Below, in pieces: positions 17,538 to 25,992 of a stretch of 64,000 nucleotides of DNA. The notes under the pieces are model-generated. The model had not been told where the DNA came from, did no database searches, and worked only from the letters and a program-made list of their open reading frames with translations. Where the stretch lies: the IMG/VR virus record IMGVR_UViG_3300045391_005020, one strand, 5' to 3'. The position numbers and the translations under genes were made by a program. The DNA comes from a virus (taxonomy: Duplodnaviria > Caudoviricetes). Numbering within the stretch: position 1 is the first letter of the stretch; every line of letters begins with the position of its first letter.

Positions 17538-17941
17538 CGTGCCACCGCCGGCTCGCGGACTTGGCAATCCGGAACTTCGATCTCTTCGACCTCGAAGAAC
17601 TTGTTCTCGTTTGCTTCCGAGAGCTCCCACAGGCGCTGACGTGTCTCGCTGGACAGCTCGCCCCAGTGGTCCTTCAGCTCATTGCGGTCATCCAGGTCAT
17701 TGATCCCGGATGCTTGCCGCAACTCGTCGAGCTCCATGGATTCGAACGGATCGTCGGGCCCGTAGGACCACGGATCGTTGTCCGAGTCGGCGCAGGCAGA
17801 CCGATTGAGCTGTCGGCAAGCCTCGCGAGCGGCCTGCTCGGATCGGTACCCGTTGCGCAGGCACTGGATGCCGCAGGAATTGTAGTGATCGGAGTCTTCG
17901 TCGTATTCGAACCGAACTTCGTAGATCACGAAAATATTCAT
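17534..17941 (-). CDS. acidic YRS/DCxxREP family paralogue 2
   Basis: Ends DCQVREP. Confidence 0.75.
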   Translation of the reverse strand: MNIFVIYEVRFEYDEDSDHYNSCGIQCLRNGYRSEQAAREACRQLNRSACADSDNDPWSYGPDDPFESMELDELRQASGINDLDDRNELKDHWGELSSETRQRLWELSEANENKFFEVEEIEVPDCQVREPAVAR

Positions 17942-18270
17942 TGTTGGACCCTTCGTCCCTCGAGTAATGCGAGTGCGTCCCTGACGCACCCCAGAAGCCC
18001 TTCCGTTGTCCCGTAATGATGTCCATCACGGTGAAGGGCGTGCAGGTGTGCAGACAAGAACGGCCTCGCAGCCTGAAGCGCCTGGATGGCGGCCGTAATG
18101 CCGTCGACCGGATTCGGGATGTCGTCGCAGGCTTCGAAACAATCGCAGATCCGCTCGAACAACGCGCGGTCCAGCTCGGAGTCCGGCATCGCAATGATCC
18201 GGAAGCTGCCGTCAGTCCCGTATGCGAGATGTCCATCCTCGGTCACGAACAGTTCGTTGTGGGTAAACAT
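17938..18270 (-). CDS. hypothetical protein
   Basis: Tiling. Confidence 0.6.
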   Translation of the reverse strand: MFTHNELFVTEDGHLAYGTDGSFRIIAMPDSELDRALFERICDCFEACDDIPNPVDGITAAIQALQAARPFLSAHLHALHRDGHHYGTTEGLLGCVRDALALLEGRRVQQ

Positions 18271-18272
18271 GA

Positions 18273-18587
18273 TCAGTCCGGAAAGAGGCCGAACGTGATG
18301 GCGCGAAAGAATCGTCCGAGCATCCCTCGGGCCTCGTCCTTATCGACCTCCATCAAATGCTGCTTGGCGATCAGGACCGCTTCTTTCATGGCGCAGTCCT
18401 CGGCGTGCCCGATGCGACCATCGCCGGCTTTTTCCATAGCACGGGTCTCGGCGGTCGGGCGGCGCCCACCACAAACTGGACACTGCTTGATATAGTCAGC
18501 TTCGTTGATTGCCCATTGGACGGCCTTGAGCGTCTCGAAAAATCTGACCGACTGTTCACGGGTCAGGGGTCCTTGGCGGTTAGCCAT
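18273..18587 (-). CDS. hypothetical Zn-binding protein
   Basis: CPVC...HAEDC. Confidence 0.65.
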   Translation of the reverse strand: MANRQGPLTREQSVRFFETLKAVQWAINEADYIKQCPVCGGRRPTAETRAMEKAGDGRIGHAEDCAMKEAVLIAKQHLMEVDKDEARGMLGRFFRAITFGLFPD

Positions 18588-18799
18588 TATTCCTCCTCGG
18601 AGTACGGGTCTATCTCGGCCCTGAAGTGACTCTGGGCGCTAGCGAGACAGCGGTTGAAGTCGATCTTCTCTCGGTTGCAGTAGTGCATCAGGTCGGAGAG
18701 AAGGTCGGTCGTGCACGTGTCGTAGCCCTCATTGACGTCATAGTTCGTCCTGAGGGTTTCGAGCGCACGCTCGACTCGTTGTAGATTTCTAATGGTCAT
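18587..18799 (-). CDS. hypothetical phage protein
   Basis: DLLSDLMH...HF.AE pattern; GAGGA RBS. Confidence 0.7.
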   Translation of the reverse strand: MTIRNLQRVERALETLRTNYDVNEGYDTCTTDLLSDLMHYCNREKIDFNRCLASAQSHFRAEIDPYSEEE

Positions 18800-18806
18800 G
18801 TTTTCC

Positions 18807-19595
18807 TCAGTACCAGGGCCACATGGAGAAACCGCGCTCAGCCCAGAATCTGAGCCAATGCACCGCTTCGTGGACCGTCAGGTTCTCGCCGAATTTGCTC
18901 TGCTTGTCCCAGAGCAACTGGTTCAGCAGTTCGAATTCATCTTCGTGGCCAGGCTTGGCCGCAGATTCAAGGAAGTGATCTTCGCTGATCTCGAGGTACC
19001 GCTGGTACTTCGGCATCATGCGATTGATCAGTTCTTTGTCGATCAGGCAGTCGAGCCGCTTGGCGTAGTCCAACATCTGCTCTGGATCGTGCTCCAGGAA
19101 GGCCTCGTCGACCAAGTCCTTCGGGACGATCTCGCAGTACTGGATACGCTTGCCGCGGAAACTTTCGAAACCGGAAGACGTCGCGAATGGATTGCACAGG
19201 TTGTGCCGAATCAGATCCAGATTCTCCTTCGGGACCGTATCGACCATGATCGACCCGTCGGCATCCTTGACCACTTCCTCGAATGGACGGTTCCAGTAGC
19301 CCGCGTAGTTGCCGTGCAGGCCCCGCACCTCCGGTGACATCTCGTCGATCATCTTCCGGTGGTTCTCGTAGATCTTCCGAAACGCGTCCATGGCGGCGTC
19401 GTCATTATTGGCGTCGAGCCTGAGGGCGCCGAGCGCCTCCATCGGACTCTGGGCCATGCCTTGCAACTTCTTGCGCAGCTGTTTGAACTCCGGGCTATCC
19501 CGGTCAGTCGCCTGCAATTGTCTGGTCAGGCTATTCACTTCGTCTCGGTCGGCTCCGTCGAGGAACCGCTCCCGCAAACACCAATCTAATCCCAT
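18807..19595 (-). CDS. hypothetical protein
   Basis: 262 aa, MGLD N-terminus, GAGGAG RBS. Confidence 0.75.
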   Translation of the reverse strand: MGLDWCLRERFLDGADRDEVNSLTRQLQATDRDSPEFKQLRKKLQGMAQSPMEALGALRLDANNDDAAMDAFRKIYENHRKMIDEMSPEVRGLHGNYAGYWNRPFEEVVKDADGSIMVDTVPKENLDLIRHNLCNPFATSSGFESFRGKRIQYCEIVPKDLVDEAFLEHDPEQMLDYAKRLDCLIDKELINRMMPKYQRYLEISEDHFLESAAKPGHEDEFELLNQLLWDKQSKFGENLTVHEAVHWLRFWAERGFSMWPWY

Positions 19596-19609
19596 GGTGG
19601 GCTCCTCTT

Positions 19610-20041
19610 TTATCCGCAGTCCTGATGGACGCTCAGGGTCAGCGTCGTTTTGTATTTCTTTTCAAATGCGATCGCGGCCTTGGTCTTGGTCATGACGTCG
19701 TCGAGACCCCAAAACACTTCGTCGTGCAGATCCGATCCACGCAGGCCCTCGCCGACGTATCCGGCGTAGAGGCCCATGCCGGTCTTGGCCTTGAACTCGT
19801 CGGTCAGCTCTTTGTAGAGTGACTCGAGCAAGTCGAGTTGGTTCTCCGAAAGCTCGCCCATGTCGTATCCGCTATCGTGAACCTGGACAAAATTGGCAAG
19901 GACGCCGTCCGGAGACGATCCGATGTCCTTCGCGATGTTTGCGACCTCACCCATGAACAGCTTCCAGGGTGTAGACGCTTCTTTCTCGACCGTATCCGGG
20001 TCGATCACGTAGTGGCTCTGGCTGAAATAATCAGTTCCCAC
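19610..20041 (-). CDS. hypothetical protein
   Basis: GGAGG RBS, GTG start. Confidence 0.65.
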   Translation of the reverse strand: MGTDYFSQSHYVIDPDTVEKEASTPWKLFMGEVANIAKDIGSSPDGVLANFVQVHDSGYDMGELSENQLDLLESLYKELTDEFKAKTGMGLYAGYVGEGLRGSDLHDEVFWGLDDVMTKTKAAIAFEKKYKTTLTLSVHQDCG

Positions 20042-20234
20042 TGGGAACCTCCTTCGGTGGTGTCCATCCGGCTTTCCGGAAGGCCTTGACGATGTTGAAT
20101 GCCTGAACGGTCCAGATCCATCCGTTCCGCTCGTTGATCAGGTTTTGGACGATCTCGCACATCGCGTCGTCGATCTGTTTGTCGAGCACGACCTGCGCCC
20201 GAATCGCCTGAATCTGTTCTTCAGTGAGGGACAT
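20031..20234 (-). CDS. hypothetical protein
   Basis: Tiling. Confidence 0.6.
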   Translation of the reverse strand: MSLTEEQIQAIRAQVVLDKQIDDAMCEIVQNLINERNGWIWTVQAFNIVKAFRKAGWTPPKEVPSGN

Positions 20235-20466
20235 GATCGTTCTCGGTGACCACGATACGGTTCACCAGGTACTTCGCGCGATCGTGGAAGACCTCGAGGG
20301 CACGTTCGATCGACAGTGTATAGACGCCGTCGTGGAACTCTTCCTCGCCGTTCCGGTTTTTGAGCCAATGGACGGCGTACTCGATCCTGCCGTCCCGCTC
20401 TGACCACTCGCGGACGGTGGCGCCATGCCAGTCGTCGGGCAGGAGCGCCGGAGAATCGAATCTCAT
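20221..20466 (-). CDS. hypothetical protein
   Basis: Tiling; start at MRFDS. Confidence 0.55.
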   Translation of the reverse strand: MRFDSPALLPDDWHGATVREWSERDGRIEYAVHWLKNRNGEEEFHDGVYTLSIERALEVFHDRAKYLVNRIVVTENDHVPH

Positions 20467-20575
20467 GATGGTTTTCACAGCAGATTCTTCCAGATGTAGA
20501 CCGCGCACGGATACACGATGACAACGCCCAGCAGTCCGAGCACCGTCAGATCGAACAGATAGCCAGTTACTTTCT

Positions 20576-20767
20576 TCATCGATGCCCCATCACGGCCTCG
20601 AGCTTTTCAGCGCGCGGCGTCAGGGCGTCCGTGATGGCATGGGCCAGGCTCGATTCGATCCGGGACGCAGCCCACAGGATCGCAATCGCAGTCAGCGTGA
20701 ATACGATGATCTTGAAATTGGTAGTTTGGGCGAGGTACATGAGCCCTCTGGGGTGTTTGTTTTTCAT
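20576..20767 (-). CDS. single-TM small protein
   Basis: IIVFTLTAIAILWAA. Confidence 0.5.
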   Translation of the reverse strand: MKNKHPRGLMYLAQTTNFKIIVFTLTAIAILWAASRIESSLAHAITDALTPRAEKLEAVMGHR

Positions 20768-20806
20768 AAGGCGGTCCCAAAGAGGGAACCGCCAGATCAA
20801 GCGCCC

Positions 20807-21631
20807 TCAGGTGGGCCGCTTGTAGAGCGTGCGCTGGAGCACCAGCTCCTTCAGATCCGCGATGGATTTGTTGTTCGACTTCGCGACCAGGTCCTCGACC
20901 GCAGCGTCGGGCGCGTTCGGGATCAAACCCTTGATGTAATTCCGGCGAGCTTCCGCATCCGGCGGCTTGATCTCGACCGGGCAATCGAACCTGCTGGGAC
21001 GGATGAGCCGCTCCGACAGATCTTCCTTCTTGTTGGTCGACGCCACGAACAAGACGTGCTCGATCGCGAACGATCCATCCAACACGTTCAGGATCGCTTC
21101 CTCGTACCCGCCATCCATATAGCGATCGAGGTCCTCGACCATGACGACCACCGGTGTCGTCGGACACGCGGCCCGGAAGACATCCATGGCGGCCGGAAAG
21201 GTCCCGAAGTGACCCAGCTCGAGACAGATGCCGCCGCGCGACATCACGTCCTGGATGATGAGTCGGATCAGGGTGGTCTTGCCCATGCCGGGCAGCCCGT
21301 ACAGAAGGACGCCGCGCTTGTGCGGGAACCCGAGCTGCTGGTAGAGCTCGGAACCGTTCCAGAACTTGTCGAGCTCAGCCAGGACGCCCTGCTGGGTCTT
21401 GTCCCCGACGATCTTGCACGTCGGGATGTCTTGCTTGACGAAATACATGGTGCCGTGGTTCATTTGGTACTGATAGACCCCGGGCGGCAGAGCCTTGACC
21501 GTATTGGTCGCCTCGCGGGCCATGTAGGACTTGCCATCCGTGGTCGCGAAGCACTCGATGTTGTATTTCTCTTTGGTGTCGTCCTTTTCGGACTCCGCGA
21601 TGATCTTGCCAATTTCGAATAGAAGGCTCAT
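20807..21631 (-). CDS. AAA+ ATPase (classic AAA clade)
   Basis: RGVLLYGLPGMGKT Walker A, MVEDLD Walker B, RPSRFD SRH; start at MSLLFE with AAGGA RBS. Confidence 0.9.
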   Translation of the reverse strand: MSLLFEIGKIIAESEKDDTKEKYNIECFATTDGKSYMAREATNTVKALPPGVYQYQMNHGTMYFVKQDIPTCKIVGDKTQQGVLAELDKFWNGSELYQQLGFPHKRGVLLYGLPGMGKTTLIRLIIQDVMSRGGICLELGHFGTFPAAMDVFRAACPTTPVVVMVEDLDRYMDGGYEEAILNVLDGSFAIEHVLFVASTNKKEDLSERLIRPSRFDCPVEIKPPDAEARRNYIKGLIPNAPDAAVEDLVAKSNNKSIADLKELVLQRTLYKRPT

Positions 21632-21668
21632 AAGAGCTGTCCTTTCAAGGGTCTGACGACCCTTCTGG

Positions 21669-21711
21669 ATCGTAACAATAGGTTTGCTGCCAGAAACAAT
21701 AGTGTTATGGT
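21669..21711 (+). promoter_or_regulatory. conserved promoter element, plus-strand copy
   Basis: ATCGTAACAATAGGT-TTGCTG-N16-TATGGT, ATG 7 nt downstream. Confidence 0.75.
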
Positions 21712-21718
21712 AATGGGT

Positions 21719-22774
21719 ATGCTGATCCCGAATCACACAGGTGGTTTGCCGCGTTGGGTCAATTATGTCGTCAGTTTCGTGTTCAGCTGGCTTGCTCTGG
21801 CCAGTGTCATCAACGTCACGGTTCACCGTGTCGACGGCACTGTCTTTGAGTCACACCACGTCAATGCGTGGTTCCAGCACTGGTACGATGCGGTCGACGC
21901 CGGCAAATTCCGGTTCGACCCTGTCTGCGAGCCCATGATTTCCATCTCGGGCGTCTTCACGCTCGGGGCCCAGAAGGCCGAGATCCTGTACCGGTTGGCC
22001 AGCTATCCCAGCTTCGACGACGACACCATCATCTTCTGCAACCGGGTCATGACGCGGGAGCAGGCGAAGGTCCTGATCCGGTCCCAGTACGGTCTCGATG
22101 ACGACATGCTGGAACACTGGTGCCTGATGATGTGGGATCACAACGGCGCCTTCCGGGACTGCCTTGACGACATCTTGCCGAGCTTCCTGGACGCCAAGAT
22201 CGCCCCGTCAATCCACTGGGGCTATGACCTCTCGGGTCACGGCGGCTACTCGGACAAGTCCTACACGGCGGGAATGATTCGGATCCACATGCTGGCCGAA
22301 TGGCTCTACCGAGCCGGCCACGACACTCCGGACATCCTGATCATCGAATCCTGCAATGGCGACGGCACGACCCCGGTGGCCGAGCTCCTGGCCCAAGACG
22401 GCGTCTTCCCGAAGCGCTTGGTATTCACGCCGGGCGGATACCCGACCTGCGCGTACCTGGCCTCGATGGCCCGTAAGCTCGGCCTCGAATCCGAACAGAA
22501 CCTGTTCGCCCCGGTCTATTACCAATGGGGCATCGGCGAGCCCGGCTGGGGCTGGGCCCTGCAGCGGCTCAACATCGAACCGGTCTATTCGGCGATCGAC
22601 ACCAAGGAATTCATGAACGCGATCCCTGGACTCCTCCAGGACTATGGCAGCGCGGTCGGGCTCAACGGCCAGATCGATACGCCGGAGCTCCGGCACGCCT
22701 GCCACGAGATCGCGAATGAACTCACCGCACCCGTGATTCACAACAACTCTGATCACGAGTTCGTCGTCGACTGA
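21719..22774 (+). CDS. membrane-anchored/exported putative caspase-hemoglobinase (clan CD) fold cysteine protease
   Basis: N-terminal hydrophobic segment; LSGHGG and IIESCNG His/Cys motifs 38 aa apart; only plus-strand gene, has own promoter. Confidence 0.6.
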   Translation: MLIPNHTGGLPRWVNYVVSFVFSWLALASVINVTVHRVDGTVFESHHVNAWFQHWYDAVDAGKFRFDPVCEPMISISGVFTLGAQKAEILYRLASYPSFDDDTIIFCNRVMTREQAKVLIRSQYGLDDDMLEHWCLMMWDHNGAFRDCLDDILPSFLDAKIAPSIHWGYDLSGHGGYSDKSYTAGMIRIHMLAEWLYRAGHDTPDILIIESCNGDGTTPVAELLAQDGVFPKRLVFTPGGYPTCAYLASMARKLGLESEQNLFAPVYYQWGIGEPGWGWALQRLNIEPVYSAIDTKEFMNAIPGLLQDYGSAVGLNGQIDTPELRHACHEIANELTAPVIHNNSDHEFVVD

Positions 22775-22996
22775 TCAGAGTTCGCGCTCGACCATAAATT
22801 TGGTCACCCGGGTGAACCGCAGCTGTGCGGCCGGGACCTCTTGGTGGTAGACGTTCCCCATGACCCGAGTCGAGATGAACACGCGCTCGACATCATTTTC
22901 ATGCAGCCGCGATGGCTCGGCGATGGATCTGACCCGGCTGTAATACCCATCGGCCCCGAGGTACGCGAAGCAGTGGTTCTTGAGCTTCTCGCGCAT
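22775..22996 (-). CDS. MRxKL tandem family copy 6
   Basis: MREKLKNHCFAY; TGATG overlap. Confidence 0.7.
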   Translation of the reverse strand: MREKLKNHCFAYLGADGYYSRVRSIAEPSRLHENDVERVFISTRVMGNVYHQEVPAAQLRFTRVTKFMVEREL

Positions 22997-23205
22997 CAGC
23001 GCCCCTCGGGGTCGGCCTGGCCCAGCGAATAGTCGCTCGCCGGCCCACTGACGTGGTGCCCGCCGCGGACCTCGGCTGCCACGGCTTCGCTGCGGTAGGA
23101 ATGCAGCTCGTCCGTGGAAGGCTCCGCCATCTTGACCACCGGATACTTGCCGCGCCAAGACGATTTCTTGAATAACCAAACCAAATCCTTCAGTTTCTGT
23201 CGCAT
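22996..23205 (-). CDS. MRxKL tandem family copy 5
   Basis: MRQKLKDLVWLF...YPVVKM. Confidence 0.75.
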   Translation of the reverse strand: MRQKLKDLVWLFKKSSWRGKYPVVKMAEPSTDELHSYRSEAVAAEVRGGHHVSGPASDYSLGQADPEGR

Positions 23206-23405
23206 TATTCTCTCGGTGGAGTTGGGATATCGATCGTGAGCTCGGACGCTCTCGCATTCAGCGCGTAGCCTCCGCGCACGTTGACCAGCACCATCTCGGT
23301 AGGGCAGCCTGCGATGGGCGCGGACTCGATGGTGATGACCGGATAGTTCCGGCCATGCGAGCGCTGGTCGTAAATGAAGCGTCGCTCTTTGAGTTTCTCG
23401 CGCAT
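23205..23405 (-). CDS. MRxKL tandem family copy 4
   Basis: MREKLKERRFIY...YPVITI. Confidence 0.8.
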   Translation of the reverse strand: MREKLKERRFIYDQRSHGRNYPVITIESAPIAGCPTEMVLVNVRGGYALNARASELTIDIPTPPRE

Positions 23406-23407
23406 GG

Positions 23408-23602
23408 TTACTCCCGGCTAGGGACGTCGACAGTCAGTTCCGACTGATCAACGTCGAACAGATGGTCGCCACGTAGACGGACGCAAACACGCTCGCGGTC
23501 GTATCCGCGCGACGTGGCCGCTTCGATCTTGATGACCGGATAATCCCGGCCGTGACGGTCTTGTCTGTACAGGAATCGTTTCTCTTTGAGCTTCTGTCGC
23601 AT
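23408..23602 (-). CDS. MRxKL tandem family copy 3
   Basis: MRQKLKEKRFLY...YPVIKI. Confidence 0.8.
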   Translation of the reverse strand: MRQKLKEKRFLYRQDRHGRDYPVIKIEAATSRGYDRERVCVRLRGDHLFDVDQSELTVDVPSRE

Positions 23603-23604
23603 GG

Positions 23605-23799
23605 TTAGCTCTGGACCTCAGGAAGCCCGAGGACGAGGTCGGATGACCTTACGTTCAAGCCGCCCGCGTGGGGCACTTGGATCTGAACCTGTTCCTTTTC
23701 GTATCCTTGCGACCCATCCTGGATGGCCTTCACGTAGTAACGGTGACCGTACGAGCCGGGGCGATAGATGAACCGACGTCCATAGAGTTTCTGTCTCAT
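23605..23799 (-). CDS. MRxKL tandem family copy 2
   Basis: MRQKLYGRRFIY. Confidence 0.8.
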   Translation of the reverse strand: MRQKLYGRRFIYRPGSYGHRYYVKAIQDGSQGYEKEQVQIQVPHAGGLNVRSSDLVLGLPEVQS

Positions 23800-23802
23800 G
23801 GA

Positions 23803-24009
23803 CTATCGACCACTCTGATCGGGGATCCCGAGCTGCAGATCACACTGGGCCACGTCGACGCTGTTAGCGCCACGCAGGTCCAACATAACGCGCTCCCGGT
23901 CAGTGGCGCCGTTGTCGAGATGGGTCTGAGACATCTTGACGACAGGATAGCGACCGCCGTGGTTCTCCGGACGATACAGGAACCTGAGTTCTTTGAGTTT
24001 CTGACGCAT
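23803..24009 (-). CDS. MRxKL tandem family copy 1
   Basis: MRQKLKELRFLY...YPVVKM. Confidence 0.8.
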   Translation of the reverse strand: MRQKLKELRFLYRPENHGGRYPVVKMSQTHLDNGATDRERVMLDLRGANSVDVAQCDLQLGIPDQSGR

Positions 24010-24015
24010 GGATCC

Positions 24016-24228
24016 TCACTCGATATAAGGGTTGGTGTCGACGCACTTGTGATTGCCTTCAATGACGCCGCAAATCACGGCGCACGGGTACTCTTCGGCC
24101 ATCATCCGTTCGGCCTCGTTAGGATTTTTCGCTTCGCAAAAGCTTGCCCAACGTTGCTTGGTATCCGGATAGAACCCGATCAACGTATAGGTCTTCTGCT
24201 TAGCCCTGGTCTTCTTCGTCTTGGTCAT
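24016..24228 (-). CDS. hypothetical protein
   Basis: GGAG RBS; EAKNPNEA motif. Confidence 0.6.
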   Translation of the reverse strand: MTKTKKTRAKQKTYTLIGFYPDTKQRWASFCEAKNPNEAERMMAEEYPCAVICGVIEGNHKCVDTNPYIE

Positions 24229-24574
24229 GGGTTCTCCGCTTCTGATCCGGACAATCGTCCGGTAGGGGGTTCTCGTACTGGGCCCAGAACCGGTCGGCGT
24301 TCTGGAGGGCGCGCCGCATGTTCTCGGCGCCGATCGGATTCATGCTGTGGACCGCCCATTCGAGGCGCTCGAGCACTCCTTCGTAGGCGGCTTTCTCGAT
24401 CCAGCACGCTACCATGTAGCCGTTGCCGGTCTTCTGAATGTCGCCGAGGTCATGATCGAGGCTGATATGGGTCACTCCACCAGCCTCGAGTTCAGCGATC
24501 GCTTCACTGGCCGTCTTGACGTGGACCGTGTAGGGCCACGGCATGGGGCGTTTATCGTCCAGCCACAGCTTCAT
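24200..24574 (-). CDS. cyclic-phosphate processing receiver-like domain protein
   Basis: MKLWLDDKRP, ISLDHDLG, HSMNPIGAENM. Confidence 0.85.
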   Translation of the reverse strand: MKLWLDDKRPMPWPYTVHVKTASEAIAELEAGGVTHISLDHDLGDIQKTGNGYMVACWIEKAAYEGVLERLEWAVHSMNPIGAENMRRALQNADRFWAQYENPLPDDCPDQKRRTHDQDEEDQG

Positions 24575-24819
24575 TGATGCACCGGTCGTTCTTCCAGTTC
24601 GTACCATTCTCCGTCGACGGTCTGGAAGTACCGGTCGACTGCCTGGTATGGGCTGGTGGGCTGCGTGCCGCCCACTTCGCTCCACCAGTCAGTCACGTAC
24701 TCCAACAAGGACTCGCGGGCGAGATCCTCGGTCGCGAATACGTCGATGTCGGTTCCGTGGCGATGGTTGATCACCAGGACCCAAACCATCGACTTGTTCT
24801 TTGGTTTGGCTCTCGCCAT
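24571..24819 (-). CDS. hypothetical phage protein
   Basis: VLVINHRHG pattern; ATGA overlap. Confidence 0.65.
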   Translation of the reverse strand: MARAKPKNKSMVWVLVINHRHGTDIDVFATEDLARESLLEYVTDWWSEVGGTQPTSPYQAVDRYFQTVDGEWYELEERPVHQ

Positions 24820-24840
24820 CGAATCTCTTTTCTTTAGCTA

Positions 24841-25257
24841 TCAGGTGGCCGCGGCCGGCTCCCGAACTTGGCAGTCCGACAGCGGAAGTTCCTGGATGCT
24901 GTAGAACAGCTGGTGATCAACATTCGATTGCTCCCAGAGCCACCGACGCTGATCAGAAGTCAGATCGTCCCACATGTTGTTCAGGTCGTCGAAGTCAGAC
25001 AGGTCGTCTTCGCTCATATCCAGATAGTCCCGGATATTCTCGAGCTTGTCTTCATCGAACGCATCGCCGTCGTCCGGATCATTGTATTCGAATACGTTCC
25101 GGGTTCCGCACCGCTCGGCGTTGAGACGATGGAGTTCATTCAGGGCCGCTTCGTGCGACCGGTACGAGTCTATGGCAGCGCTGTACCCGTCGGCATACCG
25201 GAAGCACCGGTCATCATGGTACTCGATGTTGTTCTGTAAGATCACAAAGATTTGCAT
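24841..25257 (-). CDS. acidic YRS/DCxxREP family paralogue 3
   Basis: Ends DCQVREP. Confidence 0.75.
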   Translation of the reverse strand: MQIFVILQNNIEYHDDRCFRYADGYSAAIDSYRSHEAALNELHRLNAERCGTRNVFEYNDPDDGDAFDEDKLENIRDYLDMSEDDLSDFDDLNNMWDDLTSDQRRWLWEQSNVDHQLFYSIQELPLSDCQVREPAAAT

Positions 25258-25291
25258 AATGCCCCTTTCTGGCGAGCTATTGATTTGATCT

Positions 25292-25687
25292 TCAGGCGGT
25301 CTCAGCCGGCTCGCGGACCTCGCAGTCGACCAACTGAATCTCGCGGACCGTGAAGAAGTAGTTGTCGGAGATATGGTCGCGCCAAACACTAATTCGGCTG
25401 TTATCAGAAAGATCGCCCCAGCGATCATTGACGTCGTCTTTGTCAGCTATGTCGGTGAGGCCTTCGATCTCGCTCAGGCGTCCAAGGTCGGCACCGTAGA
25501 GGGGATCTTCGTTCCAATCGAACGGGTTCTCGGTGATGTACTTGTCGTCGTTCAGCTCGTCACACTTCTGGCGCGCCTGTTCCCCAGATCGGTAAGCTTC
25601 GCGAGGGAAGCTGCCCTCTTCTTGGTAAGGATAGTCGCTGTCCCGGTTGAACGAATGCTTCTGGACCACAAAGATGGTCATGCTCAT
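25292..25687 (-). CDS. acidic YRS/DCxxREP family paralogue 4
   Basis: Ends DCEVREP. Confidence 0.75.
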   Translation of the reverse strand: MSMTIFVVQKHSFNRDSDYPYQEEGSFPREAYRSGEQARQKCDELNDDKYITENPFDWNEDPLYGADLGRLSEIEGLTDIADKDDVNDRWGDLSDNSRISVWRDHISDNYFFTVREIQLVDCEVREPAETA

Positions 25688-25695
25688 AGGGTTTC

Positions 25696-25992
25696 CTATT
25701 TCGCGTACGGGTAACAGAACACCGCGTATTCGCGGCCAGTGATCCGGATGGTCTCGAAAGGCCCGCCGGGTTCGATCGCGGTCACGAAGTCCTCGAAAGT
25801 TCCAAAGCACGATAGGTGTGCAGCGCCCTGAACTTCCTCGAAACCGACCTGGATGGCCTCGACATGAAACAGAGCGGGGCCGATCTGGAGAGACGCTTTC
25901 AGGTTACAGTTGGGAGCGTCGGCTGGACCGATCGATTCCCAAATCAAGTCTTCCAGCGGTATCCGCGGACGTTGTGTTACTTCAGCTCCCAC
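25696..25992 (-). CDS. hypothetical protein
   Basis: Tiling. Confidence 0.6.
   Translation of the reverse strand: MGAEVTQRPRIPLEDLIWESIGPADAPNCNLKASLQIGPALFHVEAIQVGFEEVQGAAHLSCFGTFEDFVTAIEPGGPFETIRITGREYAVFCYPYAK

Noticed and set aside
21632-21826. Extended N-terminus of the AAA ATPase in the ORF track
   Set aside because: Overlaps the plus-strand gene and its promoter; ATG 21631 has an RBS.
22775-24009. CRISPR-like or DNA-level repeat array
   Set aside because: The ~200-nt periodicity comes from protein paralogy; no identical 25-40-nt repeats.
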